This document shows, piece after piece, positions 47,405-56,428 of a stretch of 64,000 bases of DNA. Each line of letters starts with the position of its first letter. Positions within the stretch are counted from its first letter, which is position 1. The position numbers and the translations under genes are program-made. The stretch comes from an uncultured Acidobacteriota bacterium (lineage in GTDB: Bacteria; Acidobacteriota; Terriglobia; Acidiferrales; UBA7541): NCBI GenBank assembly GCA_963846235.1, contig CAWJVF010000003.1, forward strand, positions 205,372 to 269,371. Reading direction: 5' to 3'. The notes under the pieces are model-generated. The model was not told the DNA's origin, ran no database searches, and saw only the letters and a list, made by a program, of their open reading frames with translations.

Positions 47405-48943
47405 TTACTGACGCATCTGCCGCGTTTGTGATCGATTTCGTGAACTTTCAACGTCCAACGCAGAAGCCGCGTCCACGAGTAGCTGCGCCTTTTCAGGAGA
47501 GGGAACGAGATTCTGGAGAAACATCATTGCGAACGAAGGATCATTCTCCATCGCGATCTGAAGTAAAGGTCCTAGGCCGCCCTCGACATGATCTTTCATT
47601 ACTATCTCAAAACCGCGCTGCAAAAGTTCGCGCACATCGTCGTTCTTCTTCTCAGCGGCGGCCACAGAGGCCTCGGACGTAATCAAACTTAATTGCGTAC
47701 GAACGTCAACGCTTTTCACGTTCGTTTTGGCTTCGGTGATAAGTTTGGACGCTCGTTGCGGTTCATGGTCAGCAATGTCCCCGGCGATACGCAGGAGCGT
47801 CTGGACCCGTAGGTTTTCATCTGTTATCTGCTGAGCCTTCGCAATTGCGGCATCCGTATTGATATGCTCGAACTGCATAGCGTCTGCTTGCAACTGCACA
47901 TTCGGGTTCCTCAGTCGCGTGTTCTGGGGATTTGGTCCGATCTTTAGAGAGCGCTGACACCCAGCCGTTGTCTCTTCTATCGCTGACCGCAACGCTGGAC
48001 GGCCCGTTTGAAGCTGCTGGGCTAGTTCCGGCTCAACCCGATTCATCAGCGAAGCCAGCCGTAGCAGCACCGCGTCAATGGCATTGTCCGCTTTAACTTC
48101 GCGGCCATCACAAGCAAACATCTGCGCTTGAACTTGATATGCCTTCGTATCTGTCATGAGTAAGTTTTGCACCAACAGGTCCAAAGCGGGCCGCAAGACC
48201 TCGGTCGGCAACGATCCTCCAAGGTGGATAAGCATGTCTCCGAAAGCGTAATCCTCGGAATAGCTAGCCGGTCGGTCTCTATACCTGGCAAATGCTCGCT
48301 CGAAAGTTGCTTGGATAAGTGAAACCGCCCGATCTCGGTCACTGCGCCAGTCTTTCATCGCGGCTGCATTTGCCGCTGCGCCCAAAGCACCGTAAGGATA
48401 TGTATCATCAATAGCCAGCAACTCAGCTTCATGCTCCACGAGCGGAAGCGCATTTACACCGTCGCGTGCGATTAGCGCGGCGAATATCGGGCTTGCTGCC
48501 GCTGACCTGGCTGAGATCATCGCTTGCTTTTGGCTATCATTCGTCGTACTCATCCGATTCAGCAGATTGAGCGCAGCATCGGGATCAATTTGAGACAAAT
48601 CAGTGATGGCCATCTGCTGAGTCACAACAACAGGCGACGCTTTCCGCTGCTCAAACGATAACGCGAATAGTTCGTCGATCCATTTCCGGGCCAACTCAGG
48701 GTTCCGGCGTAAGATCAGCGTAATTTGTCTCTCCAACAGATAAACCTGTGAATTCACATCCGACTTCGAGTTTAGGTCATGGCTCTGTTGCGCAAGGCTG
48801 ATGATGGTCGCGCTCGGGTCCTGAACATCGCGCAGATTCGAACCTGCGCTCTCTTGTGGAATCTGAGCTGTAGAAGATTGGCTTTGGGGAAAAGCAACCA
48901 ACGCGAGCAAAACACCAAAAACGGCCCAGATTGATCGCCGCAT
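47405..48943 (-). CDS. exported hypothetical protein (helical-repeat-like)
   Basis: Signal peptide MRRSIWAVFGVLLALVAFP with GGAG upstream. No recognisable catalytic motif. Confidence 0.6.
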   Translation of the reverse strand: MRRSIWAVFGVLLALVAFPQSQSSTAQIPQESAGSNLRDVQDPSATIISLAQQSHDLNSKSDVNSQVYLLERQITLILRRNPELARKWIDELFALSFEQRKASPVVVTQQMAITDLSQIDPDAALNLLNRMSTTNDSQKQAMISARSAAASPIFAALIARDGVNALPLVEHEAELLAIDDTYPYGALGAAANAAAMKDWRSDRDRAVSLIQATFERAFARYRDRPASYSEDYAFGDMLIHLGGSLPTEVLRPALDLLVQNLLMTDTKAYQVQAQMFACDGREVKADNAIDAVLLRLASLMNRVEPELAQQLQTGRPALRSAIEETTAGCQRSLKIGPNPQNTRLRNPNVQLQADAMQFEHINTDAAIAKAQQITDENLRVQTLLRIAGDIADHEPQRASKLITEAKTNVKSVDVRTQLSLITSEASVAAAEKKNDDVRELLQRGFEIVMKDHVEGGLGPLLQIAMENDPSFAMMFLQNLVPSPEKAQLLVDAASALDVESSRNRSQTRQMRQ

Positions 48944-49076
48944 ACGGACTCCGGTGCCCGGATCATTTACATGCTGTTCGTCAAAGAGTAATCCTGTCTT
49001 CGGCCTAAGTCGAGCCTTGCACAATCAGGCCCCGAACAAGCAAAAGCAAATTTCAACGGCAGAGCTGAAATCATCG

Positions 49077-49541
49077 TCATTTTATGCGGATCGGCGCAGA
49101 AACCACGCTGCGTAGCTCAGCAGGCCGAGGTGGTGGCCCCGATTTTGCAGGTGAGACGACGTACCACACGCGAACGCGATATTCACCGGCATCCGGAACG
49201 CCGATCTCGTATTCATTTGTTTCTCCGGGTGCAATTTGGGAAGAAGCTCTCAATACCCGGCCGTGCAAGGCTGATGGGATTTCTTCCCAGCCCAGCCGTT
49301 TTCTTCGCTCAATGTCTACTGGGTCTGAAGGTGCAGCCTGGTAACGTGCTCGACTGAACGAGTACAGCGGAAAAGCTAGTTCGATGGTCGTCGTAGTCAG
49401 GTTAGTGACGCGGACGAGAATGGGATCAAGCTGTTGCGGAGCAGTTTTCACGATTTCCACTCGCAGAGGTTTGTCTTGGGCCAGCCCTCGTTCCGATGCA
49501 AGGGCCATCACAGCTAATAAAACGATTGCTAGTCGGCGCAT
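49077..49541 (-). CDS. exported hypothetical protein
   Basis: Signal peptide MRRLAIVLLAVMALASE. 154 aa. Confidence 0.55.
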   Translation of the reverse strand: MRRLAIVLLAVMALASERGLAQDKPLRVEIVKTAPQQLDPILVRVTNLTTTTIELAFPLYSFSRARYQAAPSDPVDIERRKRLGWEEIPSALHGRVLRASSQIAPGETNEYEIGVPDAGEYRVRVWYVVSPAKSGPPPRPAELRSVVSAPIRIK

Positions 49542-49549
49542 GCATTTGC

Positions 49550-50347
49550 CTAATCGATGATGCTTAATTGTAGGTAGGGCTTGGATATCTTCACGATTCT
49601 GTCACTACGACCTTCGATCTGAGTGATCCGACCGTCCGCGTCGCGGCTCGGGCGACCGATTGCCTCGAACTCGACATCGACTTTGAAATACGGGCAGTCA
49701 CGACTGACAAACGTCCTTTGTAATCGTGTAAACTGACCGCCCTCGGTTGTAAACACCTTGAGCAGATCAGTTCGGGTCATTCCTGGCTTGATCGTCTGTA
49801 TCCGCTTCAAAGCTGCGGCCACCCACGCCACATGGTCCCGCTGCTTACCTGCTCCGGACTCCGCCTTCAAGATAAGTGGTTCCGCAGTGTTGTCCCACAA
49901 GGCCGAAGCATGGAACCAGTGACCCTCGACTCCATGCAGTATCGAAGACGTGTTCAATCGGTACCACTCCTCCGTCCGTGCCGGTAGGTACACGTATCCT
50001 GATTTCGTCAACGGCTCATAACGATAGTAGACCACGTAGGAAGGGCCCTGCCGGTCCGTTGTGTAGAACGAGACTTGGTATTGCGGAAGTTCTTTTAAGG
50101 GTTCAGCAGTCATACCTTGGTGCCAACGGATAATGAATCCTTCAGGGTATGTCGTTTGGTCTCTAACTTGGACGCCCGGCCCCGTCCAGACATTGAAATT
50201 GTTGAGGATTGTTGGATCGGTTATCTCGACCGGGCCGGAAAGATTTACGCCTTCGATGACGATCCTAAGTGTGCGCCCTTTTGCTGCAAGCGGCCACGGC
50301 ATGAAACCTGTCACCAACAAAACCACGGTGGCGAGCGTCTTTTTCAT
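49550..50347 (-). CDS. exported hypothetical protein
   Basis: Signal peptide MKKTLATVVLLVTGF with GGAG upstream. 8-nt gap to the downstream gene. Confidence 0.6.
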   Translation of the reverse strand: MKKTLATVVLLVTGFMPWPLAAKGRTLRIVIEGVNLSGPVEITDPTILNNFNVWTGPGVQVRDQTTYPEGFIIRWHQGMTAEPLKELPQYQVSFYTTDRQGPSYVVYYRYEPLTKSGYVYLPARTEEWYRLNTSSILHGVEGHWFHASALWDNTAEPLILKAESGAGKQRDHVAWVAAALKRIQTIKPGMTRTDLLKVFTTEGGQFTRLQRTFVSRDCPYFKVDVEFEAIGRPSRDADGRITQIEGRSDRIVKISKPYLQLSIID

Positions 50348-50490
50348 AATCGGCTCCATCACTCTCTGAGCAATTAGACTGCTGACCGTCTCGATGAGTC
50401 AACGGCGGGCGCACCCAAGTTGATGACAATCAATACGCAATGATTGGCCGAACGCTCTCTAGTCCAGATGGTGCATCGACCAGTTGATGT

Positions 50491-50563
50491 GGCACTGCGT
50501 ATCGGCACCTGGCTTTTTCGGCGATTCCCAGTTGCCGAGAATGCCGTTTTTCGGGAGTTAGAA
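50491..50563 (+). repeat. cassette-type repeat copy A
   Basis: TATCGGCACCTGGCTTTTTCGGCGATTCCCAGTTGCCGAGAATGCCGTTTTTCGGGAGTTAGAA aligns almost base for base with copy C. Confidence 0.7.
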
Positions 50564-50597
50564 CAGTTCGTTTGGAGGTGAGTCTCACCAGAAACAA

Positions 50598-51773
50598 CTA
50601 TCGCGCTGGCCAATTCCATGCGGGAAGGTCCATTTTCTTCATCCCCGCAATTGAAGTTTCGCCGAGGTTCTTTTCAAGCGTGATCGAATGGCAAGGAGCC
50701 TGATCCCGGAGAGCCACGATAAGCGGCGCTGCGTGCGTCACGACAACGATTTGTGTGCGTTTAGATGTCTGCGCAATCAAGCGCCCAAGCGGGGGCAGAA
50801 GGTCTGGGTGGAGGCTTGTCTCAGGCTCATTCAACACCATTAATGCGGGCGGTCTTGGGGTTAAGAGTGCGGCAATCCAAAGTAAGTACCGCAGCGTCCC
50901 GTCCGAAAGTTCCGCAGCATCCAAGGGTCTCAGCAATCCATGCTGTTCCATCGTCAGGGCAAATCGCCCGGAGTTAACCTCTATGGACAAACGACTGCCC
51001 GGAAAAGCGTCTGCGACAGCAGCAGCCAGTGCCTCACCGTCGCCAATCTCGCGGATAGTCTGAACCGCTGCTGCGAGATCGGCTCCGTCGTTACCGAGCA
51101 CTGGAGTGTGCGTACCAATCTGGGGAGAGCGCGCTGGTGCATCGGCATCTGTGCTGAAGTGGTCGTAGAAACGCCAGGCGCGTATGGATTCGCGCAGAGT
51201 TAACATCTCCGGTGCGTTTCTGGGATCGGCAACGTGAGTCATCATGCTATCGAAAGCGGAGAGGTGATCCGTCACCAGATTCCAGTCTTGCCCATCTCCA
51301 CGAATGCGCACGAGAGGTCCCTCCCGATCCACCAGCATCGTCGAGGGGCGAAGCGTTGGCCCATGCCAAATGCACTCGCGCTTAATCTCAGGATCAAGCA
51401 TGAACGCCGAAGGCTTCGCTTTGTCGTAGGCGGGCAAACCCAGGTCAATCAAATATCCGAACTCGTCGCCTGCAAAGCCGAGCCGAAGGTTTACCGGCTT
51501 CTTTCGTCTGGTGCCTTGAACGGGATACTCGCCCTTCTTCATAGAACGCGAAATCGATTCAGGACCAGCCCAAAGCGTCGATTGAAGGCCACCTTCGTGG
51601 GCCAGTGAGGGAACTACTCGGCCTTGCGCCGTGTCCGCCAGAAGTCGCAGTGCCCGGTAGAGACTCGATTTCCCGGTTCCGTTCGCGCCAGTGATGACGT
51701 TCAGCAACTGCAGGGGAATAATGAGATTCCGCAAGGAGCGATAGTTGCCGATGGCAAAGGTCGTCAGCATCAA
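50598..51773 (-). CDS. ABC/SMC-like ATPase (AAA_21-type) without a nuclease domain
   Basis: Walker A ITGANGTGKSS near the N-terminus. Walker B and D-loop LMVLNEPETSLHP. 391 aa. Confidence 0.8.
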   Translation of the reverse strand: MMLTTFAIGNYRSLRNLIIPLQLLNVITGANGTGKSSLYRALRLLADTAQGRVVPSLAHEGGLQSTLWAGPESISRSMKKGEYPVQGTRRKKPVNLRLGFAGDEFGYLIDLGLPAYDKAKPSAFMLDPEIKRECIWHGPTLRPSTMLVDREGPLVRIRGDGQDWNLVTDHLSAFDSMMTHVADPRNAPEMLTLRESIRAWRFYDHFSTDADAPARSPQIGTHTPVLGNDGADLAAAVQTIREIGDGEALAAAVADAFPGSRLSIEVNSGRFALTMEQHGLLRPLDAAELSDGTLRYLLWIAALLTPRPPALMVLNEPETSLHPDLLPPLGRLIAQTSKRTQIVVVTHAAPLIVALRDQAPCHSITLEKNLGETSIAGMKKMDLPAWNWPAR

Positions 51774-51802
51774 AGGTGATCGATCTTGGGAGTTCTAGGA
51801 AA

Positions 51803-53167
51803 CTATTGGATGGGAATTTGCGGACCGCCCAACAGTTTTGCATTCAGTAAGCCACCGGAGAAAAGCATTTCGTCCAAAGCCGAAGTCAGATCGTCGAGCG
51901 TGAGCTGCCCAGCCTGATAATTGTCTAAGGAAAACTGTGCCGAGCGGCGCATGAGTTCCTTGATGAAGGCGCCGCTTGCATTTTCTGTACGGCGCACGAT
52001 CTCTTGAACCACATTTTCAGGAACCTGGAGACCGCAGGCGTAAAGATGCACAAGTTGTCGGCGCCCTGCGGCGTCGGGCAGAGGGAACTCAATCGCCTGG
52101 TCGATCCGGCCCGGGCGCGATGCGATAGCGGCTTCGAGTTGTTGCGGGCGGTTGGTTGTAAGGACGAAGATTACCTCCGCGTCTTCGCGCAGACCATCCA
52201 TCTCATTTAGAAGCTTGTTTAATAGACTTTCCTCACAGGCACTGTCCATGGATTCACGAGAGCGGGCGATAAGATCGACGTCTTCGATGACAACGATGGA
52301 GGGTTGAAGGAACCTAGCGAGTTGGAAATAATGATCTAGCAGACCTACCTGTTCAGCGGTGATCAAAAGCGTAGTGTGATCGGGCAGTTGGCTCGCCAGA
52401 TAGTGAATTGTGTGAGTTTTCCCGGTTCCAGGCTGGCCATAAAAGAGCAAGCCCTTCTTAACGGGCATTCCAAGCTTTCTCAGTTCCCCGCGTTGTCTAA
52501 TGAATTCGGAAACGTTGCGTTCCAGCAACTGAAGAGTCTTGGCAGGGAGAACTAATTCACGACGGCTCACAGAACGGAGTTTGTGAACACGGACGCTGCC
52601 GGCTTGGCCAGAGTAATTGTCCGTCTGCTCTAGAGATATTACCTTTCCACGGTACGAAGTGGCGCGTTTAACGAGTTTCTCGATCTCGTCGAATAGCCGA
52701 CGTGAGAGAGCGGCACCCTCTTCACCGGGTGGCACAGCAATCTCCAGATGCGTCCCACTGTCACGGCCATAATTGATCGCAGGGGTGAGTAAAAGTGCAA
52801 ACCGAAGGTCGTTGCTCCTGGACAGCCAAAGACCATTGCTCAAACAGCGCGCAGGCACTAGTTCACCGATATCGACTTCGAAATGTTGTAGAGGTGCAAC
52901 GAGTGCTGGGTAATTGTCGATTGTCAGAAGCTCGGAGAATGTCATCGTTTCATGTCCGAAACGCCGGTGCAGGCCGATCAGCTCGGCCGTAAATTCTTCC
53001 CCAAATATTTTGGTGACGGCGAACTGCAGGTCAATCCGCGCAGAGACTGGAAATTTGCGACTAGCCGTAACCAACTGCTCTAGAGGCTGCTTCCTGAAAT
53101 GTCGCGCTAGTCTATGCGCAACGAGTGGTGGTGCGTTCGTTTTCTTGTTTCGCTTTGGGGTTCTCAC
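51803..53167 (-). CDS. classical AAA+ ATPase with a novel ~230-aa N-terminal domain
   Basis: Walker A GQPGTGKT, Walker B IVVIEDVD, second region of homology TTNRPQQLEAAIASRPGRID. The start is uncertain. GTG at 53167 was chosen because the 585-aa track ORF would overlap repeat copy B and the next gene. Confidence 0.75.
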   Translation of the reverse strand: MRTPKRNKKTNAPPLVAHRLARHFRKQPLEQLVTASRKFPVSARIDLQFAVTKIFGEEFTAELIGLHRRFGHETMTFSELLTIDNYPALVAPLQHFEVDIGELVPARCLSNGLWLSRSNDLRFALLLTPAINYGRDSGTHLEIAVPPGEEGAALSRRLFDEIEKLVKRATSYRGKVISLEQTDNYSGQAGSVRVHKLRSVSRRELVLPAKTLQLLERNVSEFIRQRGELRKLGMPVKKGLLFYGQPGTGKTHTIHYLASQLPDHTTLLITAEQVGLLDHYFQLARFLQPSIVVIEDVDLIARSRESMDSACEESLLNKLLNEMDGLREDAEVIFVLTTNRPQQLEAAIASRPGRIDQAIEFPLPDAAGRRQLVHLYACGLQVPENVVQEIVRRTENASGAFIKELMRRSAQFSLDNYQAGQLTLDDLTSALDEMLFSGGLLNAKLLGGPQIPIQ

Positions 53168-53227
53168 ACTAATATTTTGCCGTATGCGGCCAAAATGGGA
53201 AGTGTTTTGGGATGAGTACACACTCAA

Positions 53228-53287
53228 TTGACAACCTGTGGGAGCGCGGAAAGTCACATTCCGATAATCCCGTTTCTCAGGCGCTAT
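53228..53287 (+). repeat. cassette-type repeat copy B
   Basis: Right arm CACATTCCGATAATCCCGTTTCTCAGGCGC. The left arm is degenerate. Confidence 0.6.
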
Positions 53288-53320
53288 CTCGACCCCACAT
53301 GTGACGGCTATACTTTTCTG

Positions 53321-53980
53321 ATGGAGCAGCCCATTCACGTTGACCTGACCACAGCCTCGCTTGACGAGTTCGTCCTGTTTCTTTTTGACCGAGAGATACC
53401 CGCTTATTCTCAAAAGCAAGAGCCGTGGTATTGGCATGTGGAAGTGGAATTTGATGCAGCGAAGATCTGCACCTATTACGTGCAGTTGTTTCTGCAGCCG
53501 GAATTTCTGCTGACGCGTTTCACAAAACCTCAGCTTGAAGAAGGCTTCTGGGCCGTACAAGGCCCGAATCTAAGCTGTTCCGTGCAAAGGCTAATCGAAG
53601 ACTCAAGCCTACCGTTATCGCGTCGGGAAGAATGCATCCGTTCCATGTTTGATTTGTACAAGCGTCTTTTTGCGACGAAGCCACTGGATACTTCAGTTCA
53701 GATGTGGTGGGACTCCTTATGCTACGACTGGCATTGCGGGAACAAACAGCGCGAGCGGGGTGGTGAGGATTTGGAATTGCAAGAAGTCTTTTTTCAAACT
53801 CTCGTTAGGGTGCTTTCGATTGACTCAGAGATTTGTCAGCAAGCGGCCCTTCATGGATTGGGTCATCTCCATCATCCACAAACGGCGGAACTCATCGAGC
53901 AGTATCTTCGAGAACACCCTTCGTTACCGAAAGAGCGCAAAGAATATGCCCTTGCCGCTGCTAGGTTTGAGGTGCAGTAA
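53321..53980 (+). CDS. hypothetical cassette protein
   Basis: Start MEQPIHVDL just after copy B. 219 aa. Copy C begins 36 nt after the stop codon. Confidence 0.55.
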   Translation: MEQPIHVDLTTASLDEFVLFLFDREIPAYSQKQEPWYWHVEVEFDAAKICTYYVQLFLQPEFLLTRFTKPQLEEGFWAVQGPNLSCSVQRLIEDSSLPLSRREECIRSMFDLYKRLFATKPLDTSVQMWWDSLCYDWHCGNKQRERGGEDLELQEVFFQTLVRVLSIDSEICQQAALHGLGHLHHPQTAELIEQYLREHPSLPKERKEYALAAARFEVQ

Positions 53981-54015
53981 GCAGGATTCATTTGATCCTA
54001 AAATGTAAGACTCAG

Positions 54016-54099
54016 CGAACTCCTGATAAGTCTTATCGGCAACTGGATTTTTCGACGATTCGCAGTTGCCGAGAATCCCGTGTTCCTCCAAGGTTGGCT
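54016..54099 (+). repeat. cassette-type repeat copy C
   Basis: CGAACTCCTGATAAGTCTTATCGGCAACTGG, 16-nt loop, GCAGTTGCCGAGAATCCCGTGTTCCTCCAAGGTTGGCT. The arms are imperfect reverse complements. Confidence 0.75.
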
Positions 54100-54175
54100 G
54101 AGCGCTCAATTCGAGTTGGCCTGTGGTTGGAAAAGATTGCAAAATTGGGCCCTGATGCATTCCGGAGAAAATGTA

Positions 54176-54619
54176 ATGTCAGTTCCTACGGAAGCAGACT
54201 GGGGCGACTATCAATCCGATCTGGACCAGAATTATGCTCACAAGATATTCGCTGGCCGCACAAACCAAGAGATGCTTCCTCGCTTTCGCAACAATGTAAT
54301 TGAGGCAACCGATGAACTGCGATGGATGCCGGAAGTGCCGTTTCGATATTACATACTTGGCTTTCGGGATTTCGTGATGGCAGGAGAATTTAACCACTTG
54401 GAGGCTTCGGACGCGGCAAGTTGCTTTATACGTCTTGTTTTGGAGAAACTCGAAAAACAACCAAGCTATATCCTGCCTGTCATGCCGCAGTTACTTCCGG
54501 CTATTCAGCACGTCGCGATGAATCAGGCGTCATTTGAAGCAAGTGAGGACATTTATGGAAATTTTCAAGAGAAATTGGGGCGCATCGAAGCGCTCTACGA
54601 CACCCTCGGTCGCTCGTAA
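54176..54619 (+). CDS. hypothetical cassette protein
   Basis: Start MSVPTEADWGDY with GGAG 9 nt upstream. 147 aa. The TAA stop codon lies inside the first bases (GTAAC) of copy D. Confidence 0.55.
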   Translation: MSVPTEADWGDYQSDLDQNYAHKIFAGRTNQEMLPRFRNNVIEATDELRWMPEVPFRYYILGFRDFVMAGEFNHLEASDAASCFIRLVLEKLEKQPSYILPVMPQLLPAIQHVAMNQASFEASEDIYGNFQEKLGRIEALYDTLGRS

Positions 54620-54700
54620 CTCCTTATAAGTCGCATTTCCGAAACCTGGCTCTAGGCAGAAAAGCCAGTTAGCGATAATCCCGTTTTCCGGGACTTGGGC
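54618..54700 (+). repeat. cassette-type repeat copy D
   Basis: AACTCCTTATAAGTCGCATTTCCGAAACCTGGCT, loop, AGCCAGTTAGCGATAATCCCGTTTTCCGGGACTTGGGC. 18 of 32 arm positions pair. Confidence 0.75.
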
Positions 54701-54889
54701 TTACAATGTTTCCCATGTCCTCCGGAGGTCTAGCTCCTGGTATTTGCTTTATTCTCGCTGCGGGCCGTTGCGGCGATCTCTCTGTGTGGCGTTAGGGTTC
54801 GCGATTCGAGACGCCGGCTATAGGCTGCCTAATGCGAGGGTATTCGTTGCGGCTGGCAATCACGCGAATATCCCTGACCGGGCTGTAAT

Positions 54890-55387
54890 ATGCACAGTCT
54901 AATCCTTCCAGAGCGAGTCACGATTCAACTTGTCGACAAAAATAAGGTTCCGGTTAAGTTATCCAATATCTTGTTTGGGATTAGGGCTTTTGCGAGACGC
55001 AAGAACGATTTTAATCTCCAGCCATTTCCAACCGGCAATGACGGACTCGTTACAATCACCAGCAAGGAATTAGAAGCAGACGTTACCGCGAACTATGACT
55101 CGGGCGTAATGGACTATGCGCACATTAGCGACTGTTCACCATCGGTAGAAATACGGATTCTAACCGAGGAAGAGATAAAAAGTGCCGTGGACGCCAGGAA
55201 AATATGGACAAAACTCTTGGCCGGAGAACGGGATCGATGGAAATCGTTAGAACAACTGCTGACGCTCTATAGAAATGCCAACAATGGAAGACTGCTCGCC
55301 GACGAGTGCCCTCCTATGCGCGTAGAGTGGAGAGAGGGTGGAGCTGAATACTCATACAAGTTTGTTGTGGCATACAAGTACCCGTGA
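54890..55387 (+). CDS. hypothetical cassette protein
   Basis: 165-aa ORF followed by repeat copy F. Confidence 0.5.
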   Translation: MHSLILPERVTIQLVDKNKVPVKLSNILFGIRAFARRKNDFNLQPFPTGNDGLVTITSKELEADVTANYDSGVMDYAHISDCSPSVEIRILTEEEIKSAVDARKIWTKLLAGERDRWKSLEQLLTLYRNANNGRLLADECPPMRVEWREGGAEYSYKFVVAYKYP

Positions 55388-55454
55388 TTTTGGTGGTGAT
55401 CCAAGAGGAAATGTTCTCTGTCTGGTTGTGAGCGCTGTCGTCGAGATCCGATGA

Positions 55455-55512
55455 CGGATGGCACCAAGAAATCGCGGCGCACACTCCGATAAGACCGTTT
55501 CTCTGGAGCGGA
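55455..55512 (+). repeat. cassette-type repeat copy F
   Basis: Right arm CACACTCCGATAAGACCGTTTCTCTGGAGCGG closely matches copy B. The left arm is degenerate. Confidence 0.55.
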
Positions 55513-55605
55513 GTCGCCTCCGCCAGTTTCAACAGCGGAACATTTGCGTTTGTAGGACGGCACTGAGTAGAAAATGATATTAGAATCAGAGCAAGCGTGC
55601 CGGGA

Positions 55606-55836
55606 TCAGGCGGATACAGATTCGAGTTCGTGGGCAAAGACCCGTTGGCATTTCGGGTCAGCGCACGCTGCGGCGACGGCACGCCCCATTCCCATCTCCA
55701 TCCCAAACACAATGGCGTTGAGCGGGCTCTCGGTGTACACATGAGCGTTTGGGAAGACTATGAACAGCAGAAAGGCTAACCACGTCGAGAGCCAATACAG
55801 TCCAGCCGTGAGTAGGAAATTTCGAAGGTTCGACAC
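55606..55836 (-). CDS. possible small membrane protein
   Basis: 76 aa with two hydrophobic segments. Sole plausible ORF between copies F and E. Confidence 0.3.
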   Translation of the reverse strand: MSNLRNFLLTAGLYWLSTWLAFLLFIVFPNAHVYTESPLNAIVFGMEMGMGRAVAAACADPKCQRVFAHELESVSA

Positions 55837-55938
55837 AATTCATTCTAGAACGGTGTCAGACAGGTGGACGGCGTTACGAATTAGCCAGTTTCCAGCTGTG
55901 TACCCTGCCGGGCTCGGCTTTCGTAGCGTCTATCCGCG

Positions 55939-56013
55939 ATAAGTCCTGTGAAGTCGGGTTCTCGGAAACTGGGATTTCCCGCATTCCGAAGATCGCGTCT
56001 ATCGGGAGGTGGT
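55939..56013 (+). repeat. cassette-type repeat copy E (uninterrupted reference for the IS target)
   Basis: GATAAGTCCTGTGAAGTCGGGTTCTCGGAAACTGGGATTTCCCGCATTCCGAAGATCGCGTCTATCGGGAGG. Confidence 0.75.
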
Positions 56014-56334
56014 ATCGGGCTGCATTGAATCACTTCTTTTGTGGTTGGTTCTCGAATAAAAGTACCCTGATAGGGCTAGAGCCAAAGAAATAAGCGCAAC
56101 AAGTGCGATCCATTCGTCACGCGGATGCTGTAGCTGATAAGGAATATAAGGGTGGTTAGTCTGAAGGTCACACGACATGTTTGAATAGTCGAAACTCCCG
56201 TGAAGAGCAGACAGGCATCGGTCGACCATCAGCCATTCACGCGAAAAACGATAGGTGACAGAGATTAGAGCGCCCCCAGCAAGGAAGGCGAGAATCAGCC
56301 GCCAACATATCCTCATGATCGAATGAGACACCAT
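55999..56334 (-). CDS. small integral membrane protein
   Basis: Hydrophobic segments ICWRLILAFLAGGALISV and WIALVALISLALALSGYF. The start is uncertain (56334, 56316 or 56403). Confidence 0.45.
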   Translation of the reverse strand: MVSHSIMRICWRLILAFLAGGALISVTYRFSREWLMVDRCLSALHGSFDYSNMSCDLQTNHPYIPYQLQHPRDEWIALVALISLALALSGYFYSRTNHKRSDSMQPDTTSR

Positions 56335-56398
56335 TCTTGCCCTACAAGTTCCCCAAAACGTCAGGAGATCGTCGAAAGCATAACCTTTGGCAAACGAT

Positions 56399-56428
56399 GC
56401 CAAGTCCTGCTAAGTCGGTTTTTCGGAA
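56399..56428 (+). repeat. cassette-type repeat copy H, left arm (split by IS copy 1)
   Basis: GCCAAGTCCTGCTAAGTCGGTTTTTCGGAA aligns with the left arms of copies D and E. Confidence 0.75.

Noticed and set aside
53168-53560. N-terminal 131 codons of the 585-aa track ORF (51803..53560)
   Set aside because: This part overlaps repeat copy B and the forward ORF 53321..53980, and it has no similarity to the ATPase. The real start is more likely an alternative codon near 53167.
55267-55742. 98-aa and 142-aa minus-strand ORFs between cassettes
   Set aside because: They overlap the forward ORF 54890..55387 and repeat copy F and have low-complexity off-frame-like sequence.
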